A DNA stretch of 64,000 bases from an uncultured Flavobacteriaceae bacterium (GCA_964586595.1 CAZPHB010000010.1:3995-67994); one strand, 5' to 3'; positions 43,963-54,079 are shown, counted from the first letter of the stretch. Translations and numbers: made by a program. The notes: generated by a model from the sequence alone, not told the origin.

Positions 43963-44592
43963 ATGGCTGAGTTGTTGCCCGTGTTTCCGCTGCCCTTGTG
44001 TTTATTCCGGGATGAGTTGCTGCCTTTGCATATTTATGAGCCGCGTTACGTGTACATGGTTCGTGAATGTGTTGCCGCGCAGTCACCGTTTGTTTTGTTG
44101 CCGGTAATTCAGGGAACCCGCGCTGATGTTGGTACCATTGCTGTAGTGCATCAGGTTGTGCATCGCTACGAAGGTGGGAGCTGTGATGTATTGGTGCGCG
44201 GGCAATTGGTTGCCGATATCGATGATTATCTTCCTTCAGCCAACCCAAACAAACCGGATCAGGTATGGTGCAGGCCCAGGGCATTTGATGTTGATGAAGA
44301 TAAAGAACTCACCTTGCGCATTGATGATTTGTTGCAAGAGGTGCTGTTGTTGATAGAAGACAAAGATCCGCAGCGGTTCAAACCTGCTTCGCGCATTGCT
44401 GAGTATATACACAAAATAGGATTGACCCAGGCGCAGGAATATGAGCTGCTGCAACTTGAAGATTACGCGGGTCAACAACAAGGAGTACTGCGTTGGCTTA
44501 AGGAACTTTTTGAACATTTATCTGCCGTGGCCCAAATGAAGCGCGCAATTTCATTAAACGGACATTTTCGCGATTTCAGGGAGCAGCAATGA
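43963..44592 (+). CDS. LON substrate-binding (N-terminal) domain protein
   Basis: LPVFPLPLCLFRDELLPLHIYEPRY is the typical LON_substr_bdg start. ATG at 43963. Confidence 0.75.
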   Translation: MAELLPVFPLPLCLFRDELLPLHIYEPRYVYMVRECVAAQSPFVLLPVIQGTRADVGTIAVVHQVVHRYEGGSCDVLVRGQLVADIDDYLPSANPNKPDQVWCRPRAFDVDEDKELTLRIDDLLQEVLLLIEDKDPQRFKPASRIAEYIHKIGLTQAQEYELLQLEDYAGQQQGVLRWLKELFEHLSAVAQMKRAISLNGHFRDFREQQ

Positions 44593-45278
44593 TGGATCCA
44601 CTCATCTTATGTATTGAAAGTTCCGATCGGTTCTGTTCTGTGGCGCTGTTTGAAGGAAACCGCTTGCTGGCTGCAGATAAAGCTGCTGCACCGCTCGCCC
44701 ATGCGGAACGTTTGGCGCCCATGGTTCACAAAATATGTGCTGATTTCGGGCGAACTCCTGATGCGGTGGCTCTGAGCAAGGGTCCTGGTTCTTATACCGG
44801 TTTACGCATTGGCGCAAGCATGGCCAAAGGCCTTTGCTTTGGATGGAATGTGCCTTTGCTGGCCGTCGATACCTTGCAGGCGTTGGCCTGGAACATGAGG
44901 GAAGAGGCGGTCTGGTCTGTGCCTTGTTTGCTGGTACCTATGACCGATGCGCGAAGGATGGAAGTGTACACTGCCGTTTACAAGTCACAGGACCTGTCCA
45001 CAGTGATTCCTGTGGGTCCAAAAATTCTGGAGCCCGATGATTTTCACGAACTGGCCGTTGATCATCGGTTGGTGTTTGCGGGTTCCGGTGCCGCTAAATG
45101 GCAGACTTTATGCCGATGGTCTGAAGAAGCCATATTCATCACCGAACTGTTGCCGGATGCCACAGGAATGGGCGCTTTGGCTGCAGATGCCTTCAGGAAC
45201 GGTGCGTTTGCGGATGTGGCCTATTTCGAACCATTTTACCTCAAACAGTTTCTGCCCGGGAAAGGAAGTGTAACATGA
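44589..45278 (+). CDS. tsaB: tRNA t6A37 threonylcarbamoyltransferase complex subunit TsaB
   Basis: ILCIESS...CSVAL and GPGSYTGLRIG blocks. Confidence 0.85.
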   Translation: MMDPLILCIESSDRFCSVALFEGNRLLAADKAAAPLAHAERLAPMVHKICADFGRTPDAVALSKGPGSYTGLRIGASMAKGLCFGWNVPLLAVDTLQALAWNMREEAVWSVPCLLVPMTDARRMEVYTAVYKSQDLSTVIPVGPKILEPDDFHELAVDHRLVFAGSGAAKWQTLCRWSEEAIFITELLPDATGMGALAADAFRNGAFADVAYFEPFYLKQFLPGKGSVT

Positions 45279-45835
45279 AGCATATTTTACTGTTGGACAA
45301 TTACGATTCCTTCACATGGAATTTGGTACATTACCTCATGGAAGCCGGAGCAAAGTGCACGGTTTTGAAAAACGATGATCCGGCGGTATTCGATCCGCAA
45401 TTTGATGCAGCCGTACTTTCACCCGGACCGAAAGATCCGGAACAGGCAGGTTTGCTGATGCCTTTTATCGCCGCCAGGCATCAAGAAATTCCCATGTTGG
45501 GTGTTTGCCTCGGACATCAGGCACTGGGGCTGTTCTTCGGAGGTGTTTTGGTGAAGGCTGCGGAACCTGTTCATGGAAAAACAACGCCAATTACCCATGA
45601 TGCAACAGGTATTTACAAGCAACTGCCACAGCACATTAAGGTATGCCGATACCATAGTTTAATCTTGGATCAACCAGGCGCGGATATGCGCGTTACTGCA
45701 CGAACGGAAGGAGGAGCAATTATGGGCATCAGACATCAATATTTACCGTTGGAAGGTGTTCAGTTTCACCCCGAAGCCATCAGCACGGAATCAGGTTTTG
45801 ATATGTTGCGCAACTGGTTGAGCGGGCTGAACTAA
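45275..45835 (+). CDS. anthranilate/aminodeoxychorismate synthase glutamine amidotransferase component II
   Basis: ILLLDNYDSFT, GVCLGHQ (catalytic Cys) and QFHPE blocks. Confidence 0.88.
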   Translation: MKHILLLDNYDSFTWNLVHYLMEAGAKCTVLKNDDPAVFDPQFDAAVLSPGPKDPEQAGLLMPFIAARHQEIPMLGVCLGHQALGLFFGGVLVKAAEPVHGKTTPITHDATGIYKQLPQHIKVCRYHSLILDQPGADMRVTARTEGGAIMGIRHQYLPLEGVQFHPEAISTESGFDMLRNWLSGLN

Positions 45836-47574
45836 ACGAACCGGTTCAGGGTATTGAGGATGCCTGCCACATCATATCCGGCCTCATGTTGTAAATCGTT
45901 ATTGCTGCCATGCGCCGGGAAATAATCCGGGATACCCAGGGTTACAAGTTGTCCCTTCCATTGTTGCTGCGCGGAATAAGACGCAACTGCTGCACCTAAA
46001 CCGCCAATGATGCTCCCATCCTCCACAGTGATGAGCACATCATGTTGATCCATGATGGCCTGTAACAATCCTGTATCCAGAGGCTTAAGGAAGCGCATAT
46101 GGACCAAACTCGGATTGATTCCCGAAGCGTGCGCCGCTGCCTGGGCTGCTGCAGTTGCAGTGCCTATGGTCAGCAGGGCGATGCGTGTTCCCAGATGCAA
46201 TAGCGAACCTGTTCCAACGGGAATTTGACGCAGTGGGGTCTTCCAGTCAATGCCGGTGCCATAACCTTTGGGATAGCGGATAAACCAAGGTTTGCTGCGG
46301 TCTTGCATGGCAGAGTACATCAGCGCACGCAATTCTTCTTCGTCTTTGGGTGCAACAACCACCACATCGGGCACCGGTTGCAGGAAGGCCAAATCAAAGC
46401 TGCCATGGTGGGTAGGGCCATCTTCGCCGACCAATCCGGCACGGTCCACGCAGAAAATCACCGGAGCCTGCTGCAGGGCAACATCATGAATCACCTGATC
46501 ATAGGCGCGTTGCAGGAACGTGGAATAAACACTGCAAAAGGGAATGTCCCCTGACAGCGCGAGTGCTGCTGAGAACGTGACGGCATGTTGTTCCGCTATG
46601 CCTACATCCCAAAAGCGATTTGGATACAGGTCCATGGCTTTGCGCATGCCACTTCCAGAGGGCATGGCCGGAGTTACACCGCATACGCGTTCGTCCAATG
46701 CAGCCAGTTCACACAAGGTTTCACCAAACACATCCTGATATTTTACCACCTTTTCTGATGGTTGTTTTTCTGCAGGTTCGAGTTTTACATATGCAGCAGT
46801 GCTGTGCCAGCGTGTTTGCTCTTTTTCGGCGGGCGCGTAGCCTTTGCCTTTGATGGTCTTTACATGCAGCACATGAGGGAAAGAGGCATGGCGAAGTTCA
46901 CGGAGTTTATCCACCAATGAACGTACGTCATGGCCGTCCACCGGGCCACTGTAATGAAACCCCATCTCAGTAAACCAGTTGGGGCTGTTGGCTTGCATCT
47001 TGCCAAGCATCTGGCTCATGGCCCCGGTATTGGGGTCGATGCCTATGCTGTTGTCATTTACCACCACCAACAGCCGTGCGTTGCTCAGTGCGGCGTGATT
47101 CAGGGCTTCAAAGGCCATACCGCCGGTGAGGGCTCCATCGCCAACTACGGCAGTGAAGATGCGTTCATCGGGTCCTTTGCGTTGGTGGGCAACTGCAAAT
47201 CCAAGGGCAGCCGAAATGGCGGTAGAAGAATGACCGGTGCCAAAAACATCATGTATATGCTCGTCGCGTTTTGGGAAGCCACTGATTCCATGGGTTTGCC
47301 TGATTTGATGCAAGAATTGTTTTCGGCCTGTGAGTATTTTATGCACATAAGCCTGATGGCCCACATCCCAAATGATGGGTTCATCAGGGGAGTTCAATAC
47401 ATAATGTAGTGCTATGGTAAGTTCGACCACGCCCAGATTTCCGGCAAAATGTCCACCGCTGTGCAGGATGGTGTCAATAAGAAAGGTTCTCAATTCCCGA
47501 CTCAATTCGGGCAGTTCCTCCGTACTGAGTTTTTTTAAATCGGCAGGGCTGTTTATCTGATCAAGAACCGACAT
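45832..47574 (-). CDS. dxs: 1-deoxy-D-xylulose-5-phosphate synthase
   Basis: GGHFAGNLGVVELT, GHSSTAISAALG and VVGDGALTGGMAFEALN blocks. ATG at 47574 (47589 is TTG). TAAGTTTG -7 box on the minus strand at 47587-47594. Confidence 0.92.
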   Translation of the reverse strand: MSVLDQINSPADLKKLSTEELPELSRELRTFLIDTILHSGGHFAGNLGVVELTIALHYVLNSPDEPIIWDVGHQAYVHKILTGRKQFLHQIRQTHGISGFPKRDEHIHDVFGTGHSSTAISAALGFAVAHQRKGPDERIFTAVVGDGALTGGMAFEALNHAALSNARLLVVVNDNSIGIDPNTGAMSQMLGKMQANSPNWFTEMGFHYSGPVDGHDVRSLVDKLRELRHASFPHVLHVKTIKGKGYAPAEKEQTRWHSTAAYVKLEPAEKQPSEKVVKYQDVFGETLCELAALDERVCGVTPAMPSGSGMRKAMDLYPNRFWDVGIAEQHAVTFSAALALSGDIPFCSVYSTFLQRAYDQVIHDVALQQAPVIFCVDRAGLVGEDGPTHHGSFDLAFLQPVPDVVVVAPKDEEELRALMYSAMQDRSKPWFIRYPKGYGTGIDWKTPLRQIPVGTGSLLHLGTRIALLTIGTATAAAQAAAHASGINPSLVHMRFLKPLDTGLLQAIMDQHDVLITVEDGSIIGGLGAAVASYSAQQQWKGQLVTLGIPDYFPAHGSNNDLQHEAGYDVAGILNTLNRFV

Positions 47575-47646
47575 GCTACTTGGACACAAACTTATTCATT
47601 AAACGGCGGATTTACCGAAGGCTATTCCCGGGTCAGGAATTGTTAG

Positions 47647-47676
47647 TTTGATTTAAATTTAATGTGTTTAAATTTG
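47647..47676 (+). promoter_or_regulatory. Bacteroidota sigmaA-type promoter (-33 TTTG, 18-nt spacer, -7 TAAATTTG)
   Basis: TTTG at 47647-47650 and TAAATTTG at 47669-47676, 20 nt before the ATG at 47696. Confidence 0.5.
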
Positions 47677-47695
47677 CATCACATAACAAATAGAA

Positions 47696-48319
47696 ATGGC
47701 TACAAAACAAAATTCAGGAAAAGCGGGAAAAAAAGCTACCGTCAAGGAAGTTGCCGCAACTGCGGGCGTATTGCCTGCAGCACCTGCCCGACGCAAGGGA
47801 CGTCCGGTAGGCTCAAAAAACCGCAAGGTGACAAAAGCAGCTGTTAAACGTGCAGTTGCAAATGCAAAAGCACCTATTGAATCTCTTTCTATTGGTTTTT
47901 CTTTTGATGACATCCGTGCATCAAATCTGGAAAACCTCGTGCGTCAGGAAAAGGAAGTTCAGCATGTACTTACCGCCATTCGCAAAGCGAAGCTGGCTTT
48001 TGGCAAATTGAGTGCTAAATCCTTTTCTATGGAAGGTGCGAGCATCACTGGTGGAACACGTAAACCTAAAAAGCGCGGTCCAAAGAAGGGCTTCAAGCGC
48101 GGTGGTGTAACTAAAAAACAGTCCATCATCAACTACATGAATGAAATTGGTACACCGGTAAAATCTGGAGATTTAATAGCCGAGCTGTTCAAGCGTTCCG
48201 GCGAAAGAAACCGGACCAGTTTCAGGCAAAGTATGTTCACCACACTGTCACAGATTTACAAATCAGGGGAGCTTGTAAAGGACAGCGAAGGTGTAATTTC
48301 TCTTGCCAACAAAGGTTAA
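47696..48319 (+). CDS. lysine/arginine-rich DNA-binding-like protein with AT-hook-like motifs and C-terminal winged-helix-like domain
   Basis: RRKGRPVGSKNRK and KPKKRGPKKGFKRGG basic motifs. About 60-aa C-terminal globular segment. Own promoter and terminator. Confidence 0.6.
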   Translation: MATKQNSGKAGKKATVKEVAATAGVLPAAPARRKGRPVGSKNRKVTKAAVKRAVANAKAPIESLSIGFSFDDIRASNLENLVRQEKEVQHVLTAIRKAKLAFGKLSAKSFSMEGASITGGTRKPKKRGPKKGFKRGGVTKKQSIINYMNEIGTPVKSGDLIAELFKRSGERNRTSFRQSMFTTLSQIYKSGELVKDSEGVISLANKG

Positions 48320-48342
48320 ATTTTAAAGAAAAAGCAGGAAAA

Positions 48343-48367
48343 GGGAGCCTACAGGTTCCCTTTTTTT
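48343..48367 (+). terminator. rho-independent terminator (overlaps the prmC 3' end)
   Basis: GGGAGCC-TACA-GGTTCCC followed by TTTTTTT. Confidence 0.7.
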
Positions 48368-49209
48368 ATGCATCTCAGCATGCGGGGTATGCCTGTGAAA
48401 TCGTTCCTGGAACTCATGATTACCGAGGCATGGAGGTCGGAAAATATGTGTTGTACTTCCTCCATACGGCCGGCGTGAAGTTCCATATATGCGGCGCATG
48501 TATCCAGTTTCTGCAGATGTTCCGCAATTCTTCGATAGAAGATAATTGCGTCCTGTTGCACTACAAACAATGCTATTTCAGGTTCAAATCGGGCTACGTG
48601 TTCATCTACCAAATGCCGGTCATTGAGCGCGATATAGGGGGGATTTGACACAATTAAATCATATTTTTCATCGGGAAAAAATATCAGGTAATCTAATAAT
48701 GACCATTTAATGTTGTGATGCGTTCCGAGTAGTTCATGTGCATTAAAGGCCGCCACCTTCAATGCAGCTGCCGATACATCCAATGCAGTGATTTGGGCAT
48801 TTGGGAATGCCTCTGCAAGGCTGATTGCCAGACAACCGCTTCCCGTGCCAACGTCTAAAATCCTGAGCTGTGCTTCCGGCGGATAATCTTCCAGAATCCA
48901 CTCCAGCAGTTCTGCAGTTTCAGGGCGTGGTATCAACACATCCGGATTTACGCGAAAGCGCTTCCCGCGGAAGTATGCGGTTCCAAGCACGTATTGCAAA
49001 GGCTGTCCCTGCTCCAGTGCTGCGGCATGCTGCAGCGCCGTCGCTGCGAATTGTTCATCCACCGATTGAAGGTACAGCTCCGGATGATTGAGGTCTTTGT
49101 TGTGGTAATGCAGGTAGATTTCGCGGAACATCGCAGCGGCTTCTCCTTCGCCGTGCACAGGGGCGACTTTTTTCAGGAAGGCACGGCGGAGGTCCTGGAG
49201 TTGCGACAT
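48349..49209 (-). CDS. prmC: release factor glutamine N5-methyltransferase
   Basis: ILDVGTGSGCLAI motif I and VSNPPYI catalytic motif. Confidence 0.88.
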   Translation of the reverse strand: MSQLQDLRRAFLKKVAPVHGEGEAAAMFREIYLHYHNKDLNHPELYLQSVDEQFAATALQHAAALEQGQPLQYVLGTAYFRGKRFRVNPDVLIPRPETAELLEWILEDYPPEAQLRILDVGTGSGCLAISLAEAFPNAQITALDVSAAALKVAAFNAHELLGTHHNIKWSLLDYLIFFPDEKYDLIVSNPPYIALNDRHLVDEHVARFEPEIALFVVQQDAIIFYRRIAEHLQKLDTCAAYMELHAGRMEEVQHIFSDLHASVIMSSRNDFTGIPRMLRCIKKGNL

Positions 49210-49769
49210 CAGTTGAGTTGAGGATGTTCAGGAGCTTCGCTCATCCATGCATAAGGCGCACCCAGGGCGCGCAGGCTTTTCTTCCAGAGTTGGTCTTCCT
49301 GCTTGAAGAGCTCCTGAATATCCATTTCGGCCAGTACCCAGCTTTTGTCTGCAATTTCGGATTGCAGCTGTCCTGGGCCCCAGCCGCTGTAACCATTAAA
49401 GAACAACACTTCATGCAGCGGTAATATTCCTTGATCTACCGCGTTTCTTAGCGCATCGGGATCGCCTGCCCAAAAAAGTTCATTACTGATAGGATAGGCT
49501 CCTGAAATACTTGCGCAGGTATGAATAAAAAACACCTGATCTTGGCCCACCGGGCCGCCGCACAATAGACGTTTCTCTTCAGGAAAGCCGTCAACCACAT
49601 GACCCACATTGATGGCACAGGGCTGGTTGATGATGAAGCCCACCGATCCGGTTTCATCGTGGGAAACCAGGAAAATAATGCTTCTGCTGAAGTCTGGATC
49701 GACAAGGAACGGATCTGCAATCAGAAACAAACCTGCCTGTACGTCTTGTTGCAACTGAGGCTTTTTCAT
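49209..49769 (-). CDS. YqgE/AlgH family protein
   Basis: About 186 aa. LIADPFL.DP.F.RS.IFL..HDE.GS.G.IIN pattern of UPF0301. Confidence 0.85.
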   Translation of the reverse strand: MKKPQLQQDVQAGLFLIADPFLVDPDFSRSIIFLVSHDETGSVGFIINQPCAINVGHVVDGFPEEKRLLCGGPVGQDQVFFIHTCASISGAYPISNELFWAGDPDALRNAVDQGILPLHEVLFFNGYSGWGPGQLQSEIADKSWVLAEMDIQELFKQEDQLWKKSLRALGAPYAWMSEAPEHPQLN

Positions 49770-49779
49770 ATTACAGGCC

Positions 49780-51660
49780 CTATGGAATCAGTTCAAAAAT
49801 CTGTGCCGAAACGGGAGGCAGTTCAAGGTATTCTGTGATGGGAATACGTGTGCCATCGATAGGATTAAGCAGATATTGGTAACCTTGGAGTCGTTCTGCG
49901 AAACGCGCGCTGCGGATGCGTTTGCTCGTGTTGTCCTGGTTCAATGCCACCATGAAGGTTTTTCGGGAATTGTAGCGGAAATACACCCAGGTGCCGTCTT
50001 CTCCGGTGAATTGCATGAGCTTGCCATCCTGCAGGGCAGCTTCAGCATTCCGCAGTTTTGCCAGCTTGCTGAGGTGGTTGAAGGCGTCTTGTTCCAAAAT
50101 GGTTCTGCCTTCCGCAGTGAATTTGTTGGTTCTGTCGCCCGGGAATCCACCGGGGAAATCCTTGCGCACCAAAGCATCTGTCGGTTGCGTGCCTCCTTCC
50201 ATCAAAATTTCTGTTCCATAGTAGATGCAGGGAATGCCACGAAGGGTGAGCAACAGGGTGATGCCCATCTTCCATTTCTTCAGGTCGCCGTTCAGATGCG
50301 TAAAAATGCGTGTTAAATCGTGGTTGTCCAGGAAAATGCAATGTTTGAACGGGTCTGTGTAGATAAAATCTTCAGCCAGGGTTGCATAAATGCGGTTCAA
50401 ACCGTCGTTCCAGCCGAATGGGTTGGTCAGGGCATGTTGTATGGCCCAAAGCAGTTGGAAATCAGTGACGCCCGGAAGTCCGCTGTTTAGGGTTTGCCGG
50501 ATGTTGTTTTGCACGAACCAGGCCTGAGTTCCCATGCCATTGACCCAGGTTTCGCCAAAAATGCCCAACTGCGGGTATTCTGTGAGCAGGGACTGGCATA
50601 ACCTGGTCATGAATTCCTGATCGGGATAAGCATAGGTATCGATTCTATAGCCTTGCAATCCGGCATACTCTACCCACCAGAGGTACAACTGTGTGAGGTA
50701 GCGGTCGATATGAATATTTCGTTGATTCAGGTCCGGCATGTGGTGGTCAAACCAACCGTTGCTGTTGAGATTCCGTTCATGATCAGATGCGTATGGATCA
50801 AGCATTACGGATGCGCGGTAATTGGTTCGCGTGAATTGTGGCCAGGCATTGTACCATCCCGTATCGCGGTTTTCAAACATCCAGTGTTTGTTTCCCGTAT
50901 GGTTCGGGATGATGTCCATCACCATTTTCATTTTACGGCTGCGCATGTCTTCCGTCAGCTTCAGGTATTCGTCATTGCTTCCGAAGCGCGGATCTATGAG
51001 GTAATGGTCTGTGATGGCATATCCATGGTAGCTTTCGCGTGGTTGGTTGTTCCATTGCACCGGGTTAAGCCATAAAGCGGTGATGCCTAATTCCTGCAGG
51101 TAGTCCAAATGCTGGTGGATGCCCTTCAGGTCGCCACCGTGACGGCCTTTCAGGCTATCACGCGAATAAATATCAGGTTGGGCCAAGGGGTGACGGTCGT
51201 TGGTCGGGTTGCCGTTGGCGAACCGGTCGGGCAGAATCAGGTACATGATGTCGGCACTGTTGAGTCCCGCCTGTACCTGCCATTGCTGGTTTCGTGGTTT
51301 CAATTCATAAGTCCAGCGCATTTCCCGGGTACCGCGTTTTCCGGGGATGTTCACCCGAAAATTCAGGGTTCCCGGGCGTGCATCACGGCCAATGTTCAGG
51401 TTTACATAGAGGATGTTTTCGGCTGCCCCCTTGCTGGTTCCTACAAAGGCAACCTGTTCATAAGGGTCCATGCTCAGCACCCAAGAGCTGGCCTCTGGGC
51501 TGTGGATGATAATTTCCAAAGATTCGCGGCTAAATCCACAATACCAGTGAGGAGGAGCCACATTGTGCGGCATCAGCAGGTTTTTTGAAGCAGACTTTTG
51601 GGCCAGCGCTGCAGAAATAAACAGGGGCAGGAGCAGGATGGTAAAGAAGGAGCGTTTCAT
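49780..51660 (-). CDS. GH13 alpha-amylase-family glycosidase (cyclomaltodextrinase/neopullulanase-like), secreted
   Basis: GH13 regions I-IV: VMDIIPNHTG, GYRIDTYAY, FGETWV and FLDNHD. Signal peptide. ATG at 51660. Confidence 0.85.
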   Translation of the reverse strand: MKRSFFTILLLPLFISAALAQKSASKNLLMPHNVAPPHWYCGFSRESLEIIIHSPEASSWVLSMDPYEQVAFVGTSKGAAENILYVNLNIGRDARPGTLNFRVNIPGKRGTREMRWTYELKPRNQQWQVQAGLNSADIMYLILPDRFANGNPTNDRHPLAQPDIYSRDSLKGRHGGDLKGIHQHLDYLQELGITALWLNPVQWNNQPRESYHGYAITDHYLIDPRFGSNDEYLKLTEDMRSRKMKMVMDIIPNHTGNKHWMFENRDTGWYNAWPQFTRTNYRASVMLDPYASDHERNLNSNGWFDHHMPDLNQRNIHIDRYLTQLYLWWVEYAGLQGYRIDTYAYPDQEFMTRLCQSLLTEYPQLGIFGETWVNGMGTQAWFVQNNIRQTLNSGLPGVTDFQLLWAIQHALTNPFGWNDGLNRIYATLAEDFIYTDPFKHCIFLDNHDLTRIFTHLNGDLKKWKMGITLLLTLRGIPCIYYGTEILMEGGTQPTDALVRKDFPGGFPGDRTNKFTAEGRTILEQDAFNHLSKLAKLRNAEAALQDGKLMQFTGEDGTWVYFRYNSRKTFMVALNQDNTSKRIRSARFAERLQGYQYLLNPIDGTRIPITEYLELPPVSAQIFELIP

Positions 51661-52760
51661 CACGAGTTTAACTGGTAATTCATTCCCGGTAGTTGGGTAA
51701 TTATGCCCTCAAGTTCCATGTTGAGCAGCAGATGTGCAAGTTTACTGCCTGAAAAACCTGTTTCGTTCAACAATTCGTCCACCGATTTATTGTTGTGCTG
51801 CAGGATGGAAACCAAGGTTTGTTCTTCAGGAATGAGGTTGCGAAACAAGGGAATTTGTTGCTTTACTGTTTGTTTTTGTTGGTTCCAGCCCATCATGTTG
51901 GCGATGTCATTGGCAGAACAAACCAAGGCTGCCCTATTGCTTTTGATGAGCATGTTGCAGCCGGCGCTGGTTTCATCTTCCGGGCGGCCCGGCACGGCGA
52001 AAACATCGCGGTTATAGGAAAGGGCAATGTCTGCGGTGATCATGGCTCCTCCATCGGTCATGCTTTCTACCAGCAGCAGGGCATCGCATAAGCCGGCAAT
52101 GATTCTGTTCCGTTTGGGGAAATGTTCAGGGCTTAGCTTCATGCCGTGCAACTGATCACTGATGATGGCACCACCACCTTGGAGCATGTTTCTGGAAAGT
52201 TGAAGATGGCTGGGAGGGTACAATACATCCAGACCGTGTGCAACGACCGCGGCAGTCGGAATTCCTGCTTCCACGGCGGCAAGATGTGCCTGTGCATCAA
52301 TACCGTATGCCAGTCCACTCACAATGCTGCAACCATAAGGAGCAAGTGCCTGGGTAAAACTGTTGGTTCGGGCTTTGCCCTGTCTGCTGGCCCTCCGGGT
52401 TCCCACAATGCCTACCATACGTCGTGCGTTCAGATCCATGGTACCTTTTACAAACAACAAGGCCGGACTGTCGCTGCAGTGTTTCAGCCGAAACGGGTAT
52501 TCCGGATCGGTAAAGAAAAGCGCCCGGATGCCGTTTTGTTGCACCCAGGCACTTTCGCTTTCGGCACGTGCCCAATCCTTGAAGTGCTTCACTGCGTTAG
52601 CCGTCTGCAAGCCAATCCCAGGAATTTTTTCAAGATGGTGCTGCTTCTCCCTGAAAACAGCCTCAGCACCGCCGCAATAAGCCACCATCGCCTTGAGCAA
52701 TACGTCACCAACTCCGGGAACGAGTTGCAGGGCAATCTGGTGTACCAAGGATTCTTCCAT
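51660..52760 (-). CDS. dprA: DNA-processing protein DprA
   Basis: IVGTRRAS..G, SGLAYGIDAQAH and GGAMITA Rossmann-like DprA blocks. Confidence 0.88.
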   Translation of the reverse strand: MEESLVHQIALQLVPGVGDVLLKAMVAYCGGAEAVFREKQHHLEKIPGIGLQTANAVKHFKDWARAESESAWVQQNGIRALFFTDPEYPFRLKHCSDSPALLFVKGTMDLNARRMVGIVGTRRASRQGKARTNSFTQALAPYGCSIVSGLAYGIDAQAHLAAVEAGIPTAAVVAHGLDVLYPPSHLQLSRNMLQGGGAIISDQLHGMKLSPEHFPKRNRIIAGLCDALLLVESMTDGGAMITADIALSYNRDVFAVPGRPEDETSAGCNMLIKSNRAALVCSANDIANMMGWNQQKQTVKQQIPLFRNLIPEEQTLVSILQHNNKSVDELLNETGFSGSKLAHLLLNMELEGIITQLPGMNYQLNS

Positions 52761-52820
52761 GCCTCAGGCAAATCAATGCAATCAATGCCAATGAAGGCGT
52801 GTGCAAGCGTTTGTAAATGT

Positions 52821-54014
52821 TTACAATTGATTCAACACGGGATTTCTGCCACGCTGAGCGGCTTGCCACATCATGTACAGCAACAAGACACCGTACATAC
52901 TTGCTGTAAATGTTGGTTTGAAATACCAAACTTCATAATTGGATAGCTCCATGCTGCGCAACACCATTTCCATATTCAGGAAGTAGGAAAGGCTGAAGAG
53001 GAGTAAGGGCAAATATCGACGGGTTCTGACAGACCATAAACCCAGAAACAACCAGGCCGGATGGCTGTAACGTTCGTGCATTTGCGTGGGGAAATAAAAG
53101 AAGCACAAGGCCAGGATGCTGGCGGCCAGCAAATAGTCATCCAACGCGAATTTTGGGAATGCACCTTCCTTAATAGCCCGAACAAGCCGTCTTCCGAATA
53201 AAAGCCAGGCGCCGAAAAGGGTACTGCCCAGCAGGAGCAGCAGCCCCCAGTTGTGGTAGCTGATGCCGGAAATCCAAGGGCTGCGGTCGTCAGCAATAAC
53301 GGGGTTTGTCGATTCAGGCAGCACCAGATACCAAAAGTTGAAGGCGTTCATGCTGACACGCTGGAAAAATCCCACCGATCCAATCACCACCCGCCACAAG
53401 GGAACAATAGAACCGCCGAGCAGGAAGGGCAGGATGAGCAGAACCTGAACGCCCAGCGCCAACAGGCCGGTGCGCATTGCGTATTGCCATGATTTTCCGC
53501 GCAGCGCATCCCACAACAACCACAGGATGATGGGCAGGAAGATGATCATCTGCAGCTTTATGTTCAGGGCAAGGATGTAGGCAGGAAGTGCCCATACGGC
53601 CCGATTTTGGAGGAACAACTTCAGCGACCATAAGGTGAAAAATACCGGAATGGCATCAATCTGTCCCCAGTTCAGTGTGTTGTAAAAGTATGCTCCATTA
53701 AATACAAATATGGCCCAATGCCGGTTGTTGTAAGCGGTATGATGACACATAGAAAGCATCAGTAATACCGAGCCAATGTCAAACAACAAGGTATATAATT
53801 TCAGCGCATGGAGGTGCTGGGAAGCTGCTTCGGCGCTGCCCATCAGCCATACATGAAACTTCAGGAGGTACAGGTAGCCGGGCAGGTAGTTGCAGTCGAT
53901 GTCGTAGATGCGGTGGAACGGTTGTACATCCAGTTGTCGCATCCAGGCGGCCCAGCAGGAAAAGTCGTAGCCGTGGCCGGAAACGGGCAGGTGGAAGGCG
54001 AGCAGCAGGAACAA
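52821..54014 (-). CDS. polytopic GT-C-like membrane glycosyltransferase (DUF2029/PMT-like)
   Basis: About 10 TM helices. DYLPGYLYLL-type loop (NYLPGYLYLLKF). Start is TTG at 54014. The frame stays open to 54079 without ATG/GTG/TTG. Confidence 0.5.
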   Translation of the reverse strand: MFLLLAFHLPVSGHGYDFSCWAAWMRQLDVQPFHRIYDIDCNYLPGYLYLLKFHVWLMGSAEAASQHLHALKLYTLLFDIGSVLLMLSMCHHTAYNNRHWAIFVFNGAYFYNTLNWGQIDAIPVFFTLWSLKLFLQNRAVWALPAYILALNIKLQMIIFLPIILWLLWDALRGKSWQYAMRTGLLALGVQVLLILPFLLGGSIVPLWRVVIGSVGFFQRVSMNAFNFWYLVLPESTNPVIADDRSPWISGISYHNWGLLLLLGSTLFGAWLLFGRRLVRAIKEGAFPKFALDDYLLAASILALCFFYFPTQMHERYSHPAWLFLGLWSVRTRRYLPLLLFSLSYFLNMEMVLRSMELSNYEVWYFKPTFTASMYGVLLLYMMWQAAQRGRNPVLNQL

Positions 54015-54079
54015 GCCTCCGCTGAACCACCACAGGTGGCGGGGAATCGGGTTGAAATCAGGGGAAGCTGTGACGAGTT

